Source: Oceanispirochaeta sp.
Lineage (GTDB): Bacteria > Spirochaetota > Spirochaetia > DSM-2461
Length of the DNA stretch: 64,000 nt
NCBI GenBank assembly: GCA_963666275.2
Contig: CAXXOA010000002.1
Location: forward strand, 224,001-288,000
Reading direction: 5' to 3'
Shown here: in pieces, positions 10,305-20,412 of the stretch
Position numbering within the stretch: the first letter of the stretch is position 1
Layout: each line of letters opens with the position of its first letter
The notes under the pieces: model-generated
Seen by the model: the letters and a program-made list of their open reading frames with translations, nothing else
What the model was told of the DNA's origin: nothing
Database searches by the model: none
Program-made: the position numbers and the translations under genes

Positions 10305-11339
10305 TTATTTTGCCCGTACATACTGCTTCGGCCAGTAATCCAGATCGATGCCCCTCTCCTGGGCGGTCTGCAGAGGAAAGTAGGGATTCCGGAGGAGTTC
10401 CCGCCCCAGAAAAACCATATCACTGCTCTGAGAAGACAAAACCTCTTCCACCTGATCGGGATCTGTGATCAAACCGCCGCCGACCACAGGCAGGCCGGTG
10501 AGCTCTTTAATTGTTTTTGCCGCAGGAATCTGATAGGCCGGTCCCAGAGGGATCCTGGCATGGGGGATGACACCTCCGGTGCTGACATGGACGATATCGA
10601 CCCCTTCCTGTTTCACAAGATTCACAGCTTCCGCCAGGTCTCCCGCCTGATTTCCCCCTTCTCCGTAATCGAGAGCAGAGACTCTCAGCATCAGGGGATT
10701 CCGTGCTTTCCAGACAGAACGGACCGCTTTGATAATCTCAAGAAGAAGAGCCGTACGACCGGGCATCCCACCTCCGTAGGCATCGCTCCTGAGGTTTGTC
10801 AGGGGAGACAGAAACTCGCTGATAAGATAACCATGGGCTCCATGGATTTCCAGAATCTGATACCCCGCTTCCATGGCTCGCTCCGCTGCGGCCTTAAAGG
10901 AGTTAACCACATGGGCGATATCCTCTTCACCCATCTCACGGGGGGTAACATAAGAGCTGTCTTCCGGATCGAAATTGATGGGAGAGGGAGCTATAATATC
11001 TTCTCCGGGAACCGTACATTTCCGTCCCGCGTGAGCCAGCTGAATCCCGGCGACAGCCCCTTCCGCTTTGATGGCAGAAGCAATTTCAGAAAGTCCGGAG
11101 ATATGGTCATCATCCCAGATTCCCAGATCATGTGAAGAGATTCGCCCTCTGGCTTCTACAGCTGTGGCTTCCTGTATAATCAGGCCGCATCCGCCCTGGG
11201 CTCTTGTCCTGTAGTGAAAAGTATGCCAGGGAGTGGAATGCCCGCTTTCGGGGGCACTGTACATACACATGGGGGGCATGACAATCCTGTTTCTCAATTC
11301 AATATTCTTTATCTTTAAGGGAGAAAAAAAATGATCCAA
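10305..11339 (-). CDS. namA: NADPH dehydrogenase / old yellow enzyme (NamA/YqjM-like)
   Basis: NRIVMPPMCMYS, QLAHAGRK, EIHGAHGYL, GRELLRNPYF; TTG start with GGAGG SD. Confidence 0.85.
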   Translation of the reverse strand: MDHFFSPLKIKNIELRNRIVMPPMCMYSAPESGHSTPWHTFHYRTRAQGGCGLIIQEATAVEARGRISSHDLGIWDDDHISGLSEIASAIKAEGAVAGIQLAHAGRKCTVPGEDIIAPSPINFDPEDSSYVTPREMGEEDIAHVVNSFKAAAERAMEAGYQILEIHGAHGYLISEFLSPLTNLRSDAYGGGMPGRTALLLEIIKAVRSVWKARNPLMLRVSALDYGEGGNQAGDLAEAVNLVKQEGVDIVHVSTGGVIPHARIPLGPAYQIPAAKTIKELTGLPVVGGGLITDPDQVEEVLSSQSSDMVFLGRELLRNPYFPLQTAQERGIDLDYWPKQYVRAK

Positions 11340-11407
11340 AATATCCTCCAGAAAGGCAGTTTTTTAAAAGGTAATTATTTCTTACGGATTAGCCAATCCA
11401 AATCGTC

Positions 11408-11635
11408 CTAGAAACCGACCAGATTCCTTTTAATCAGATTCCGCCCCAGATTGAGCCCCTCTTTGGCCGCCTCTTCTTTCAGTATGTAATGGATATTGTC
11501 ATTGGCATGGAAAAGCTGAGAGCTCTGAGAACCTTCCATCTCTTTCCGGATCTCTATCGAGACAGACCACTTCCCCGAGGGCTCCAGGGTCGGTTCGGAA
11601 AGGATCTGATAATTCTGGAAAATTTCTTTAATCAT
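11408..11635 (-). CDS. Small protein, resembles HlyU-family (PF10115-like) fold
   Basis: 75 aa; the pattern YQILSEP..GKWSVSIEIRKE..LFHA..EEAAKEGL resembles that family from memory. Confidence 0.45.
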   Translation of the reverse strand: MIKEIFQNYQILSEPTLEPSGKWSVSIEIRKEMEGSQSSQLFHANDNIHYILKEEAAKEGLNLGRNLIKRNLVGF

Positions 11636-11657
11636 ACAGGAATGTCAGAAAGAGTTA

Positions 11658-11855
11658 TCATGCGTTAAGAGCCGGAGGCAGATTCCCGTCCAGGACCCGC
11701 TGAAAAAGGCCTATGATATAATCTTCCTTTTTCATAAGGAGCCAATACTGGGTGATGTCCCCGAAAAGGACATAAAAGCCTCTCTTCTCGTAATAATCCC
11801 GGGTTTTAATGATATCTGTAACATTCAGAGTCATGGAAAATAGCGGTAATTTCAT
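11658..11855 (-). pseudogene. Truncated VOC/glyoxalase family protein
   Basis: FSMTLNVTD..YYEK.GF..LFGDITQYWLLMK...IGLFQ resembles the N-terminal half of ~120-aa VOC proteins but stops at 65 aa. Confidence 0.55.
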
Positions 11856-12009
11856 ATATCCTCTCCTACCTGACTTACCTCGGGATCGATTCCCTACTTA
11901 AAGTATGATCAAAACAGAAAGAATATGAAACGTTTGCATAAGTGGAAATCAGGCCCGTTTATTATTCTGCAGACTGATCCTGCCAATAGGCAAGAGAGTC
12001 CCGGAAGCG

Positions 12010-13216
12010 CTAGGAGGAAACAACAACCCGGTTCCTTCCGCTCTTTTTTGCCTCATACAGAGCTTTATCCACCTCTTTATAGGCCTTGTCAAAACTTGTA
12101 TTCACTCCAGGTGAAATCGCTGCCATTCCGATACTGACCGTGATGGAGATAGTGATATCACCTGCCGAAAGTGGCGTTTCCGCAAAAAGACGCCTCAGCC
12201 TCTCAGCAGAGAGAAAACTATCTCCTCCGGGCTGGGCGGGAAAGAAAAGAATGAACTCCTCCCCTCCCCAACGGGCCGAGAGATCCTCTTCTCTTATCTC
12301 TCTGTTCAGCAAATCCGCGATTCCCTGAAGAACCTGGTCTCCCGTATCATGGCCGTATGTATCATTGATCCTTTTGAAATGGTCCACATCAAGAAGCAGC
12401 AGAGTTCCCTCTCTTTTATACCTCTCAATAAGAACAAGTTCTTTCTCAATGATCTCTTCAAAATACCGTCGATTTCCCATACCGGTCAGAGGATCATGAG
12501 TGGCCAGGTGGGCGAACTTTTTATTTGCCTCTTTCAGGAGCAGATTTTTCAGCCTGTGAAGATAGTAGTCTCTGTACATAAAGGAGGAGATGAAGAGACT
12601 GGCCACAAATATAACGAAGCTGTTCACTGCAGCTGAGATTTTTACAGACAGTTCTACATCCAGCTTGAAAACACCCGCAAAAAAAAATGATAAAGGGGAC
12701 TCCGAAAACAGGAAGATTACCGGGAAACCGGATCAGGCAGAGAAGTCCTGCAATCAGCATACTGCTTGTATAGACGACAAGCTGCCCCGTCCCCTGTAAA
12801 TCCAGAAGGGCAATGAGAGAAAGCAGAGACAGAATGAGCACCAGAAAAAATGGAGGGAGAAACTTGAGCCTCAGGGAGCACTGGCCTCCCCGCCTGTTAT
12901 GGAAGATTGCCAGGAATATCAGGATAAAAACAATGGTAACAATTCCGAGAAGACCGTGCAGCAGAAGATATTGACCGAAGACTCCGGCTTCCTCCGGGTC
13001 TGCTTCCTTTAAACGGGGCAGGTCAAGCAAAAGGATAAGAAGGATTTCCATCACAAAAATGGCACCACAGTATATACCGCCCCTGCGGCAGTTTGCATTG
13101 GCAATCCTGCTTTTAATCTGCTGATCCTGTGCAGGGGTAGGCACCAGGTCTGAACCAAGAGAGAGATACTGTAAAAAAAAATTCAGTAACGGGGAAAAGC
13201 GGTTTCTATTTTTCAT
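12010..13216 (-). pseudogene. Membrane-bound diguanylate cyclase split by a +1 frameshift in a T9 run (12679-12687)
   Basis: The hydrophobic ORF 13216-12521 and the GGEEF ORF 12627-12010 (DPLTGMGNRR, DVDHFKRINDTYGH, RWGGEEF) join as ...PFIIFFAGVFKLDVELSVKISAAVNSFVIFV... if T9 becomes T8. Confidence 0.85.
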
Positions 13217-13374
13217 AACAGCTCTTTAGTTCATGAACACGGGATTTGGAACAGTTCTCATTATAGGAGGAGCCACTGGCCGGTTCAACTCTTATTTTTA
13301 TAAAAACAGACTCCTGCGGCCGGAAAAACAGCAGGACAGCAATTGTTCTGATGCCCTGTAGAAGGAACCGGGGT

Positions 13375-13403
13375 TAGACAGAAATGACGGGTTTTGGTAT
13401 GAT
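13375..13403 (+). promoter_or_regulatory. leuS promoter, near-leaderless
   Basis: TAGACA-N17-TATGAT with extended TG, 8 nt before ATG 13412; no SD. Confidence 0.6.
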
Positions 13404-13411
13404 CGATCATT

Positions 13412-15919
13412 ATGAGCAAATACCCGTACAAAGAGATAGAAGCCCGTTGGCAAAAATACTGGGAAGAGAATAAAACCTTTAAGGTCTCTGAGGATCCGGC
13501 CTTCCCCCGGGAGAAGAGAGCCTATGTTCTGGATATGTTTCCTTATCCGTCCGGAGCCGGTCTCCATGTAGGTCATCCCGAAGGCTATACGGCCACAGAT
13601 ATTTACTGCCGCTACCTGAGGATGAACGGTTATAATGTGCTGCATCCCATGGGATTCGACTCCTTTGGACTCCCTGCGGAAAACTATGCCATTAAAACAG
13701 GAACCCATCCCAAAATTACCACAGAAGCGAATATCGAAAACTTCCTGAAACAGATAAAAGCTCTGGGATTCAGTTATGATTGGGACCGGGAGATTTCCAC
13801 CCATACCTCTGAATACTACCACTGGACCCAGTGGATATTCCTTCAGCTGTATAAAAAGGGCCTGGCCTATGAATCGGATATGCCCATCAACTGGTGCCCC
13901 GACTGTAAAACCGGACTGGCCAATGAGGAAGTTCTGGACGGACGCTGTGACCGCTGCGGTCACCAGGTGGAAAGAAAGAACCTGAGACAGTGGGTATTTA
14001 AAATTACCGAATACGCAGACAAGCTCCTGGAAGATCTGGATACTCTGGACTGGCCCGATTCAGTCAAAGCCATGCAGAGGAACTGGATCGGCCGCTCCGA
14101 AGGGGCAAATGTCACTTTTAAAATTGAAAAAACCGAAGACCCGATCCATGTTTACACAACCCGTCCGGATACCCTGTTCGGTGCGACCTATATGGTTCTG
14201 GCTCCCGAGCACGATCTTGTGGGAAAAATCACCACGCCTGAACAGAAAGAGGCTGTAGAAGCCTATGTCCGTCAGGCCAATCTGAAGAGCGACCTGGAAC
14301 GGACCGAACTGGCCAAAGATAAAACCGGTGTATTTACCGGATCCTATGCGATCAATCCCATGAACGGAAAGAAAATCCCTGTATGGGTTGCCGACTACGT
14401 TCTTATATCCTACGGCCACGGAGCCATTATGGCTGTACCCGCCCACGATGAAAGGGACTGGGAATTTGCCAAAAAATTTGACCTCCCCATAATTGAAGTT
14501 CTGGAGGGAGGAAACGTCGAGGATGAAGCCTTCACCGGCGACGGCCCCCATGTGAACTCGGACTTTCTGAATGGAATGGGCAAAGAGGAAGCCATTTCCA
14601 CAGTCATCAAATGGCTGGAGGAAGAAGGCATCGGAACCGGAGCAGTCAATTACAAACTGAGAGACTGGATCTTCAGCCGCCAGAGATACTGGGGAGAGCC
14701 GATTCCCCTTGTGCACTGCGAGAAGTGCGGAATCGTCCCGGTTCCCGAGGACCAGCTTCCCCTGGAACTGCCTCCCACAGATGACTTTCATCCCTCCAAT
14801 ACGGGAGAATCACCCCTGGCCAATATCGAAGAGTGGGTGAACTGTGAATGTCCTGTCTGCGGCGGCCCGGGAAGACGGGAAACCAATACCATGCCCCAGT
14901 GGGCGGGAAGCTGCTGGTACTATCTGCGCTATGTGGATCCCAAAAATCCTTCCGCCTTTGTCGGAAAAGAAGCAGAAGACTACTGGATGCCTGTGGACCT
15001 TTATGTGGGAGGAGCGGAACATGCGGTTCTTCACCTTCTGTACAGCCGGTTCTGGCACAAGGTCCTTTTTGATCTGGGACTGGTAAAGGACAAAGAGCCC
15101 TTCCAGAGACTGATCAACCAGGGAATGATAACCTCCTTTGCCTATCAGCGCTCTGACAAGTCCCTTGTCCCCACCGATATGGTGGAGGAAAAAGACGGCA
15201 AGTACATTGAAAGCGCCACAGGCGAAGAGGTAACTCAGGTTATTGCCAAAATGTCCAAGTCCCTGAAGAACGTCATCAATCCGGACGATATTATCCGGGA
15301 TTACGGCGCCGACTCCATGAGGATGTACGAAATGTTCATGGGCCCCCTGCAGGTATCCAAACCCTGGCAGACAAAAGGCCTTGTGGGCGTGAACAGATTC
15401 CTGAACAGAGTCTGGGATATTGCGGAGCGGGAAATCACCGATGAGGACCCCTCCAAAGAGATGCTCAAGGTTCTGCATAAAACGATCAAGAAAGTCACTG
15501 ACGATACCCGGGAGCTGGAGTTCAACACAGGCATCGCCCAGATGATGATCTTCATCAACGAGGCTTTTAAGCTGGAGAAGTGTTTCCGCAAACTCTGGGA
15601 ACCCTTTGTCCTCCTCATTGCCCCCTATGCTCCTCATCTGGCAGAAGAGATGTGGAAGCGCCTAGGCAAAGAAGGGACCCTGGCCTACGAATCCTGGCCT
15701 GTGTACATGGAAGAGCTTACAAAAGACGACGAGAAGGAAGTGGTTGTTCAGATCAACGGTAAAGTCCGCTGCAAGATGATGCTTCCAGCGGGAACCAGTC
15801 CCGATGAAATGAAAAAAGCCGCTCATGCCCAGGAAAGGGTACAGGAGTACACAGAAGGAAAGACGATTATCAAAGAGATCGCCATTCCCGATAAGCTTGT
15901 GAATATTGTTGTAAAGTAA
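13412..15919 (+). CDS. leuS: Leucyl-tRNA synthetase
   Basis: [14 protein letters not shown] (HIGH), editing domain [31 protein letters not shown]. Confidence 0.99.
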   Translation: MSKYPYKEIEARWQKYWEENKTFKVSEDPAFPREKRAYVLDMFPYPSGAGLHVGHPEGYTATDIYCRYLRMNGYNVLHPMGFDSFGLPAENYAIKTGTHPKITTEANIENFLKQIKALGFSYDWDREISTHTSEYYHWTQWIFLQLYKKGLAYESDMPINWCPDCKTGLANEEVLDGRCDRCGHQVERKNLRQWVFKITEYADKLLEDLDTLDWPDSVKAMQRNWIGRSEGANVTFKIEKTEDPIHVYTTRPDTLFGATYMVLAPEHDLVGKITTPEQKEAVEAYVRQANLKSDLERTELAKDKTGVFTGSYAINPMNGKKIPVWVADYVLISYGHGAIMAVPAHDERDWEFAKKFDLPIIEVLEGGNVEDEAFTGDGPHVNSDFLNGMGKEEAISTVIKWLEEEGIGTGAVNYKLRDWIFSRQRYWGEPIPLVHCEKCGIVPVPEDQLPLELPPTDDFHPSNTGESPLANIEEWVNCECPVCGGPGRRETNTMPQWAGSCWYYLRYVDPKNPSAFVGKEAEDYWMPVDLYVGGAEHAVLHLLYSRFWHKVLFDLGLVKDKEPFQRLINQGMITSFAYQRSDKSLVPTDMVEEKDGKYIESATGEEVTQVIAKMSKSLKNVINPDDIIRDYGADSMRMYEMFMGPLQVSKPWQTKGLVGVNRFLNRVWDIAEREITDEDPSKEMLKVLHKTIKKVTDDTRELEFNTGIAQMMIFINEAFKLEKCFRKLWEPFVLLIAPYAPHLAEEMWKRLGKEGTLAYESWPVYMEELTKDDEKEVVVQINGKVRCKMMLPAGTSPDEMKKAAHAQERVQEYTEGKTIIKEIAIPDKLVNIVVK

Positions 15920-15977
15920 TCGGATTTAGAAAGTAGAATCAGCCCCGGGAGCCAGAGCTTACCGGGGCTTTTTATTC
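15891..15977. repeat. Direct repeat copy 1: leuS 3' end plus terminator
   Basis: ATAAGCTTGTGAATATTGTTGTAAAGTAATCGGATTT...AATCAGCCCCGGGAGCCAGAGCTTACCGGGGCTTTTTATTC, matches 16569-16652. Confidence 0.9.
15941..15973 (+). terminator. Intrinsic terminator after leuS
   Basis: AGCCCCGG...CCGGGGCT stem followed by a T run. Confidence 0.8.
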
Positions 15978-16277
15978 TTTCAATTGGAGCATATATTTTC
16001 TCAGCTCCCTTTCGGCTCTCATAATATGCAGTATAAAAACTCTCTCTTCAGTATATCTGTAAAAAAGCCTAACAGGATTGATAACCAGTTCTCTATAAAG
16101 CCTGCTGTCAGTTTCAGGAGGAGTCCGGCCTGATTCGGGAAACTCTTTCAGGTGCCCCACTCTCTCCAGAACCCGGGCTACCAGTTTTTCTGCAGCATTC
16201 ATATTTACCAGAGCAATATAATCTGCAATGCCTTCCAAATCTCTCAAAGCAGATTCGGTCCAGATTATTTCAGCCAT
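15972..16277 (-). CDS. Type II toxin, RelE/ParE family
   Basis: MAEIIWTESALRDLEGIADYIA...FPESGR..PE...YREL...RLFYR; overlaps the antitoxin stop. Confidence 0.9.
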   Translation of the reverse strand: MAEIIWTESALRDLEGIADYIALVNMNAAEKLVARVLERVGHLKEFPESGRTPPETDSRLYRELVINPVRLFYRYTEERVFILHIMRAERELRKYMLQLKE

Positions 16278-16522
16278 TTATTCAATCTTTTTTGAACAGC
16301 CTCTTCACCGAAAGTGTTACCTTCCAGGATATCCTTTTCCCCTTTAGCGATACCTTCCAGGATCCGGATCCTTTTTTCCTGCATCTCATAGGCTTCAGCA
16401 TCGATCAGATAGGCCGACGGTTTGCCATGTTCTGTTATCAGAACCGGTTCTTTTGATTCATGCAGTTCAGCAAGGATTTTCGTAGCTTGACGTTTCAATG
16501 TTGTCACGAGCTCTGTTTTCAT
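16265..16522 (-). CDS. Type II antitoxin, Phd/YefM family
   Basis: VTTLKRQATKILAEL..SKEPVLITEHGKPSAYL. Confidence 0.9.
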   Translation of the reverse strand: MKTELVTTLKRQATKILAELHESKEPVLITEHGKPSAYLIDAEAYEMQEKRIRILEGIAKGEKDILEGNTFGEEAVQKRLNKWLK

Positions 16523-16526
16523 AAAT

Positions 16527-16559
16527 GTAATACTAAAGTATCACTTCCTTAGCTGTCAA
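16527..16559 (-). promoter_or_regulatory. TA promoter with overlapping palindromic operator
   Basis: Minus strand TTGACA-N18-TAGTAT, 7 nt to ATG; inverted repeat GTAATACT-AA-AGTATCAC at 16527-16544. Confidence 0.65.
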
Positions 16560-16568
16560 GTTTTCCAA

Positions 16569-16652
16569 ATAAGCTGTGAATATTGCTGGAAAGGAATCGG
16601 ATTTGAAAAAAATCAGCCCCGGGAGCGAAAGCTTTCCGGGGCTTTTTTATTC
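16569..16652. repeat. Direct repeat copy 2: degenerate leuS 3' end plus terminator
   Basis: ATAAGCTGTGAATATTGCTGGAAAGGAATCGGATTT...AATCAGCCCCGGGAGCGAAAGCTTTCCGGGGCTTTTTTATTC. Confidence 0.9.
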
Positions 16653-16668
16653 GAAACCAGTGTACATT

Positions 16669-17421
16669 CTATTTTGTGAAGGTCTGAATATCATCTCCCG
16701 AACTGGTGAATGTCAAAGCTTTTGCACTTGCGATCATAGTGCTGAAATCCGTATCATCAAAAGAAATTGGATCATAATTTCCATCAAGGGTCACTTTTAT
16801 GACCTTGAAATCGGCATACTTTGTAGGACTTGCGCTCTGATTCGCCAAATCTTCCAGATCATAATTCGTTAAATAATACTCCACGTCCTCCGGTTGATAG
16901 GAAAAGGTCAGGGTCTGTCCGTCCGAACTAAGCTTACCTTTGGTATAGAACAGGTAGAAGGTTTCAGCATCAGAAGGTGCTCCGATATAGTCAGCCATAT
17001 TTTCATTATGGGAAGGAATCATTACCCACTCATCGACTCCTGTTAACTTCTCGGGACAGTAAATGGTTCCGTTATTATACTCACCATATTCACCGTCAAA
17101 ATAGGTAAAAGAACTGTCTGTTAAAGTTAATGTATCAGTATAGGAAGAAGCGCTGCCGTATGAATAGGAGAATTTCCACTGGCCTTCAAACCCGAAGTCA
17201 ATACTGCTATCGGAACAAACACTGCTGGTTTCTTCCACTTCTTCATCAACTTCACTCAGTTCAGAATTGTATGTGGCAGATAATGAATCATTTTCATAGA
17301 TGGAGATAACGAGATTTGCTTCTGTTATCGCACCATTTACGATCATACCGGAAAGAGAAAACACTATCCTGAATGTGCCTATAGACCCTGTTGCGCTTAC
17401 TCCGTTTATTTTTATCAACAA
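16669..17421 (-). CDS. Hypothetical acidic, Ser/Thr/Tyr-rich protein, possibly an N-terminally truncated exported protein
   Basis: 250-codon ORF, AT-richer than flanks, weak TTG start, in-frame TAG just upstream. Confidence 0.55.
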   Translation of the reverse strand: MLIKINGVSATGSIGTFRIVFSLSGMIVNGAITEANLVISIYENDSLSATYNSELSEVDEEVEETSSVCSDSSIDFGFEGQWKFSYSYGSASSYTDTLTLTDSSFTYFDGEYGEYNNGTIYCPEKLTGVDEWVMIPSHNENMADYIGAPSDAETFYLFYTKGKLSSDGQTLTFSYQPEDVEYYLTNYDLEDLANQSASPTKYADFKVIKVTLDGNYDPISFDDTDFSTMIASAKALTFTSSGDDIQTFTK

Positions 17422-17499
17422 GATTGGATCCGGCTTCTATATTTTTTATATAACCAGAAAAATACGGAGAGGTATATTAGTAAGAATTCAGAAAAGAAA

Positions 17500-17901
17500 T
17501 CAGAGATCCAGAAGCAGCTCTTTCAGCAGTTTGACCTTTTCCAGGCCTATCCTGGCGGCAACCTCTGCTTCCAGTTCAGCTTTCATTGCCAGATTATCCC
17601 GGCAGAATTCTTTACCCTTTCCAGTCAGTTTCAGGATTTTCTCCCTTTTGCTGGAGCCCTCTTTCTGAAGCAGAAACCCTTTTTCAATCAAATCGGACGA
17701 ACATTTGTGCACAGCCTGTCGGGACATGTTCATAAACCGGGCAACAGCGGAGATAGACAGTTCCTGATGATAGAGACGGTTCAGCAGATGCCCTTCGGCC
17801 CGGGTTATATCACTACCGTGTTCACTGACCCAGCGGGCATCCAGTTCCTTCCGGAGCTCCAGGTGTCTGTCACTGATCAGGTCTATAAGATTAGATTGCA
17901 T
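17500..17901 (-). CDS. MarR family regulator
   Basis: ITRAEGHLL..L..QELSISAVARFMNMSRQAVHK...LIEKGFL...LKLTGKGK; ATG 17901 preferred. Confidence 0.85.
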   Translation of the reverse strand: MQSNLIDLISDRHLELRKELDARWVSEHGSDITRAEGHLLNRLYHQELSISAVARFMNMSRQAVHKCSSDLIEKGFLLQKEGSSKREKILKLTGKGKEFCRDNLAMKAELEAEVAARIGLEKVKLLKELLLDL

Positions 17902-17917
17902 TTTTACCCTTTCCAAT

Positions 17918-17934
17918 TGTCAACTTGATTGACA
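17918..17934. promoter_or_regulatory. Palindromic operator / back-to-back -35 boxes
   Basis: TGTCAA-CTTGA-TTGACA perfect inverted repeat between divergent marR and membrane gene. Confidence 0.6.
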
Positions 17935-17991
17935 TTTCTTCGTATAAAATCAATAATAACCGACAATTAAAAGAATGAAAAGGAATTATTT

Positions 17992-18465
17992 ATGGGAGAA
18001 GGTAAACTTCAGAAATTTGTATTCACACTGTTAATGTGTTTTTTTATGGTCCTTGGAATGACCATGTATAACATTATCCTCCATGCGGGATGGTCCAATC
18101 AGGTCTTTCTTATTCTGGTCAAAGAGTTCTGGCTTGTATTCATCATAGCTCTGTTTCTGGACACTCTGATAATCGGACCGCTGGGTAAAAAACTGGCTTT
18201 CACAATCATCCCTCCGGGGCAGGAGAAGCACATCATTTTCCGGATTCTGTCCATTGCTCTGCCCATGGTAACAGGAATGGTACTGTGCATGTCTATTTTC
18301 GGAGCGGTCACACAGCACGGTTTCACACATCATGCGGTGCGGGCCTATCCCGGTGTTGTGGGAAGAAACTTTATCATGGCTCTGCCCCTGAATCTTCTGA
18401 TTGTCGCCCCCCTGGCAAGAGCTCTGTTTCCTCTTATTTTTCCTCAGAGGAAGGCGATGGCATAG
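17992..18465 (+). CDS. Four-TM membrane protein (DUF2798-like)
   Basis: Duplicated hydrophobic halves (FTLLMCFFMVLGMT / MVTGMVLCMS; GPL / APL); AAGGA SD. Confidence 0.7.
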   Translation: MGEGKLQKFVFTLLMCFFMVLGMTMYNIILHAGWSNQVFLILVKEFWLVFIIALFLDTLIIGPLGKKLAFTIIPPGQEKHIIFRILSIALPMVTGMVLCMSIFGAVTQHGFTHHAVRAYPGVVGRNFIMALPLNLLIVAPLARALFPLIFPQRKAMA

Positions 18466-18491
18466 CCGTCTGATTCCTGGAGTGAATTGTC

Positions 18492-18518
18492 TGGACACAT
18501 CCCGACAGGGTGTGTCCA
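18492..18518. terminator. Hairpin between convergent genes
   Basis: TGGACACATCC-CGACA-GGGTGTGTCCA. Confidence 0.45.
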
Positions 18519-18560
18519 TTATTCCAGATCACGTTCACTTTCTCTGTATACAGTGAGAGC

Positions 18561-18779
18561 TCAGACCTTTGCCAGTATTGCAGTAGCTTTCGCGGCTTCA
18601 TTGGGATAAAGATCTCCCGGGACAGCAGATTTTCCCATACTGATAAAAATTCTATGGCGGGCACAGGAGTCAAAATCCCCCTGACAGTACTGCTTTTTGT
18701 AGATTTTCGCCATGGTCGGCATTTTATCCATTTTGTCATTGAAAAAAGGGCATCCCTCCAGACATTCACAATTAGCCAT
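18561..18779 (-). CDS. Small Cys-rich hypothetical protein
   Basis: CECLEGCPFF...YCQGDFDSCAR...VPGDLYPN; GAGG SD. Confidence 0.75.
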   Translation of the reverse strand: MANCECLEGCPFFNDKMDKMPTMAKIYKKQYCQGDFDSCARHRIFISMGKSAVPGDLYPNEAAKATAILAKV

Positions 18780-18947
18780 TCCTCGTCCTCCTGAAGTTAT
18801 ATTCTACAGAACCGAAAACAGTAGTTCTTCAAAAAAGTGTAAAACCTTTAATGGGAATATGCCAATTAATCCTGTTTTTTTTCCTTTTCCTCCTCCTTTT
18901 GCAGAGAGTCAGGTTTATGATATGGTACCCACAACAAGGATAATCAT

Positions 18948-19643
18948 ATGAACCGTGACATAAAACTGGAAAAGAGCTGGCTCCTGACGATGGGAGACGA
19001 GTTTGATAAACCCTATATGGCGGACCTGCGCCAGTTCCTTCTGACAGAAAAGCAGCAGGGGAAAACCATCTATCCGCCGGGCAGTCAGATTTTCTATGCC
19101 CTGGACAGAACGCCCTTCGAAAAAGTTAAAGTTGTCATCCTCGGCCAGGACCCCTACCACGGCCCGGGGCAGGCTCACGGTTTGTGTTTCTCCGTCCAGC
19201 CCGGTGTAGCGCCTCCCCCGTCTCTGATCAATATCTACAAAGAGATGGAAAGTGATCTTGCCCTGACTCCTCCCGGTCACGGCTGCCTGTCCAGCTGGGC
19301 TGATCAGGGCGTTTTGCTGCTGAACTCTGTTCTGACTGTAGAAGCTCATATGGCGGCCTCCCATCAGAGCCGGGGCTGGGAGCAGTTTACCGACAGAATC
19401 ATCCGGGAGCTGGAATCCCGGAGAGAGCACCTTGTTTTTATACTCTGGGGCGGGTATGCCAGAAAGAAAGGAAGCTTCATTGACAGAACCAGGCACCTGG
19501 TCATTGAATCGGCCCATCCGTCTCCCCTGTCCGCCTACAGAGGCTTTCTGGGCAGCCGTCCCTTCAGCCGGGCCAATGAGTACCTGAAAGAAACCGGTCA
19601 GACTCCGGTTCAGTGGGAGCTGCCGGCAGAGGCCGTGCTTTAG
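18948..19643 (+). CDS. ung: Uracil-DNA glycosylase family 1
   Basis: GQDPYH, PPSLINI, GVLLLN, HPSPLS. Confidence 0.98.
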   Translation: MNRDIKLEKSWLLTMGDEFDKPYMADLRQFLLTEKQQGKTIYPPGSQIFYALDRTPFEKVKVVILGQDPYHGPGQAHGLCFSVQPGVAPPPSLINIYKEMESDLALTPPGHGCLSSWADQGVLLLNSVLTVEAHMAASHQSRGWEQFTDRIIRELESRREHLVFILWGGYARKKGSFIDRTRHLVIESAHPSPLSAYRGFLGSRPFSRANEYLKETGQTPVQWELPAEAVL

Positions 19644-20380
19644 TCTTCATAAAAGATCTGAAAAAACTCTCCCCTGTCATCCACAGCAACTGCAAACCCC
19701 AGATTCTGCAGGGGATCAAAAAAGTGATGGTCCCCTTCTGTCAGGGAGAAAGCCGCCCTGCCGGAAGAACTCTGTTCCAGTGGCTCCAGAAACAGGGACC
19801 GGCTGAACCAGAGCCCCTGAGGAAGGGGAATCTCCAGATCAAAACGGTGCTTTTCTCTCAGATACCAGCTTTTCATCTCATTTCCGGCGAGCCGCCGTTC
19901 AAGAAGCGCCCAATCCATCTGCCAGGGATCTCTCACCTCCTTCTCCTTTATCTCGCTGAGGAAACGGCGGGAATTGAATGAGGACAGGTCCATCCCTCCC
20001 TGTAAAGCCCGTATAAGGAATTCCGCTCCCGCCCCGTCCTTCCAGGAGAGCTCTATCACAGGATCCTCTCCCGGCACGAACAGCCCCCCGGCCGGATAGG
20101 GGCTGAAGTGTTCAGAAATTCCCGAGGGGATCAGCAGACAGACCACCGGAGTCTCTTTATATACCTCGATCTCACAGGAGGCAGACTCTCCGAAGTGAAC
20201 AGCCCGGCTCTCCGGGGTAGCGCCGGACTCACACCACTGCAGCGTCCAGTCCCGCTGTTCCGGCGAAAGAGGAAAATCTGTGACTGAGGGGGGAAATTCG
20301 ACTGTCAAAGACTCTGTTTCGCCGAAGCGGCAGGAGAGAATGAGCAGGATAACGGCAGTTAAGAGGAAAGGGAGCTTCAT
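19640..20380 (-). CDS. Hypothetical lipoprotein
   Basis: [17 protein letters not shown] lipobox; 246 aa. Confidence 0.7.
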   Translation of the reverse strand: MKLPFLLTAVILLILSCRFGETESLTVEFPPSVTDFPLSPEQRDWTLQWCESGATPESRAVHFGESASCEIEVYKETPVVCLLIPSGISEHFSPYPAGGLFVPGEDPVIELSWKDGAGAEFLIRALQGGMDLSSFNSRRFLSEIKEKEVRDPWQMDWALLERRLAGNEMKSWYLREKHRFDLEIPLPQGLWFSRSLFLEPLEQSSSGRAAFSLTEGDHHFFDPLQNLGFAVAVDDRGEFFQIFYED

Positions 20381-20412
20381 ACTCCTTCAACAGAAGAAAA
20401 AACTGAAATGCT

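Noticed and set aside
13217..13411. T-box or riboswitch upstream of leuS
   Set aside because: No T-box motif or terminator seen; the promoter appears to lie immediately before the ATG.
15891..16652. Integron attC cassette carrying the TA pair
   Set aside because: No RYYYAAC...GTTRRRY boxes recognised and no intI; the repeat matches leuS coding sequence instead.
16576..16872. 98-aa + strand ORF starting in the second leuS repeat
   Set aside because: Runs through a terminator hairpin and antisense to another ORF; a by-product of the duplication.
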